Of a stretch of DNA of 6,178 nucleotides, positions 6,080-6,178 are shown piece after piece. The notes below the pieces were generated by a model. It saw only the letters and a list, made by a program, of their open reading frames with translations. It was not told the DNA's origin and did not search any database. Within the stretch, counting starts at the first letter, position 1; each line of letters opens with the position of its first letter. Where the stretch lies: IMG/VR virus record IMGVR_UViG_3300029474_000071; one strand, 5' to 3'. The position numbers were made by a program, and so were the translations under genes. The stretch is from a virus.

Positions 6080-6178
6080 TCACACCACAAAGATAATACA
6101 AAAATATAAGCCAACCAAATAAATGACTGACTTTAACACTTCTTTAACACTTCTTCATCAGCATTGCTAATAAAAAAT
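6080..6178. repeat. Terminal direct repeat, right copy (identical to 1-99)
   Basis: Same 99-nt string as 1-99, ending exactly at the window end. This is typical of assembler overlap on a circular molecule. Confidence 0.97.
6088..6119 (-). promoter_or_regulatory. Candidate Bacteroidetes-type promoter (-33 TTTG at 6119..6116, -7 TAtcTTTG at 6095..6088); the same element is also present at 9-40
   Basis: The minus strand reads TTTG-gttggcttatatttttgtat-TATCTTTG, a 20-nt spacer. This matches the Bacteroides consensus TTTG / TAnnTTTG. It lies about 50 nt upstream of the first ORF ATG (6038), in the only AT-rich non-coding stretch upstream of the gene array. Confidence 0.5.

Noticed and set aside
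1430-6096. All plus-strand ORFs in the track (1430-1726, 2028-2231, 2249-2473, 2629-2835, 3933-4127, 4509-4691, 4895-5095, 4935-5120, 5245-5430, 5441-5626, 5902-6096)
   Set aside because: Each lies antisense to a strong minus-strand gene. Each encodes low-complexity F/L/S/C-rich peptides typical of the T-rich non-coding strand. They have no coupling or spacing logic. They are shadow ORFs.
1-6178. tRNA or rRNA genes, CRISPR arrays, integrase/transposase or toxin-antitoxin genes
   Set aside because: No cloverleaf-compatible segment or T-loop consensus was found in either non-coding region. No repeat-spacer periodicity is present. No ORF has recombinase or toxin-like motifs, and every sizeable ORF is accounted for by phage genes.

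Overview
The window is one complete, circularly closed genome of a small ssDNA phage of the family Microviridae, given as the reverse complement of its coding strand. Bases 1-99 are repeated exactly at 6080-6178, so the contig wraps on itself and the true unit is 6,079 nt. All credible genes lie on the minus strand and are tightly packed. In transcription order (high to low coordinates) they are: a Bacteroidetes-style promoter; five small ORFs of unknown function (62-78 aa, 4990-6038); the major capsid protein VP1 (668 aa); a ~112-aa scaffold-like protein; a 209-nt hairpin-rich non-coding spacer; the Gly-rich, coiled-coil minor capsid/pilot protein VP2 (370 aa); the HUH rolling-circle replication initiator VP4 (334 aa); and a locally GC-rich, structured, iteron-bearing non-coding block (about 100-296). 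The >6 kb genome, the large VP1, the absence of Shine-Dalgarno sequences and the TTTG/TAnnTTTG promoter point to an Alpavirinae-like microvirus of a Bacteroidales host; this assignment rests on recognition, not a search. There are no tRNA or rRNA genes, CRISPR arrays, integrases or transposases. The parts most worth follow-up are the two structured non-coding regions (candidate replication origins), the uncharacterised five-gene small-ORF cassette with its small membrane/lipoprotein (candidate lysis or exclusion factor), and a 100-aa highly basic overprinted ORF. None of these functions can be proven from sequence alone.
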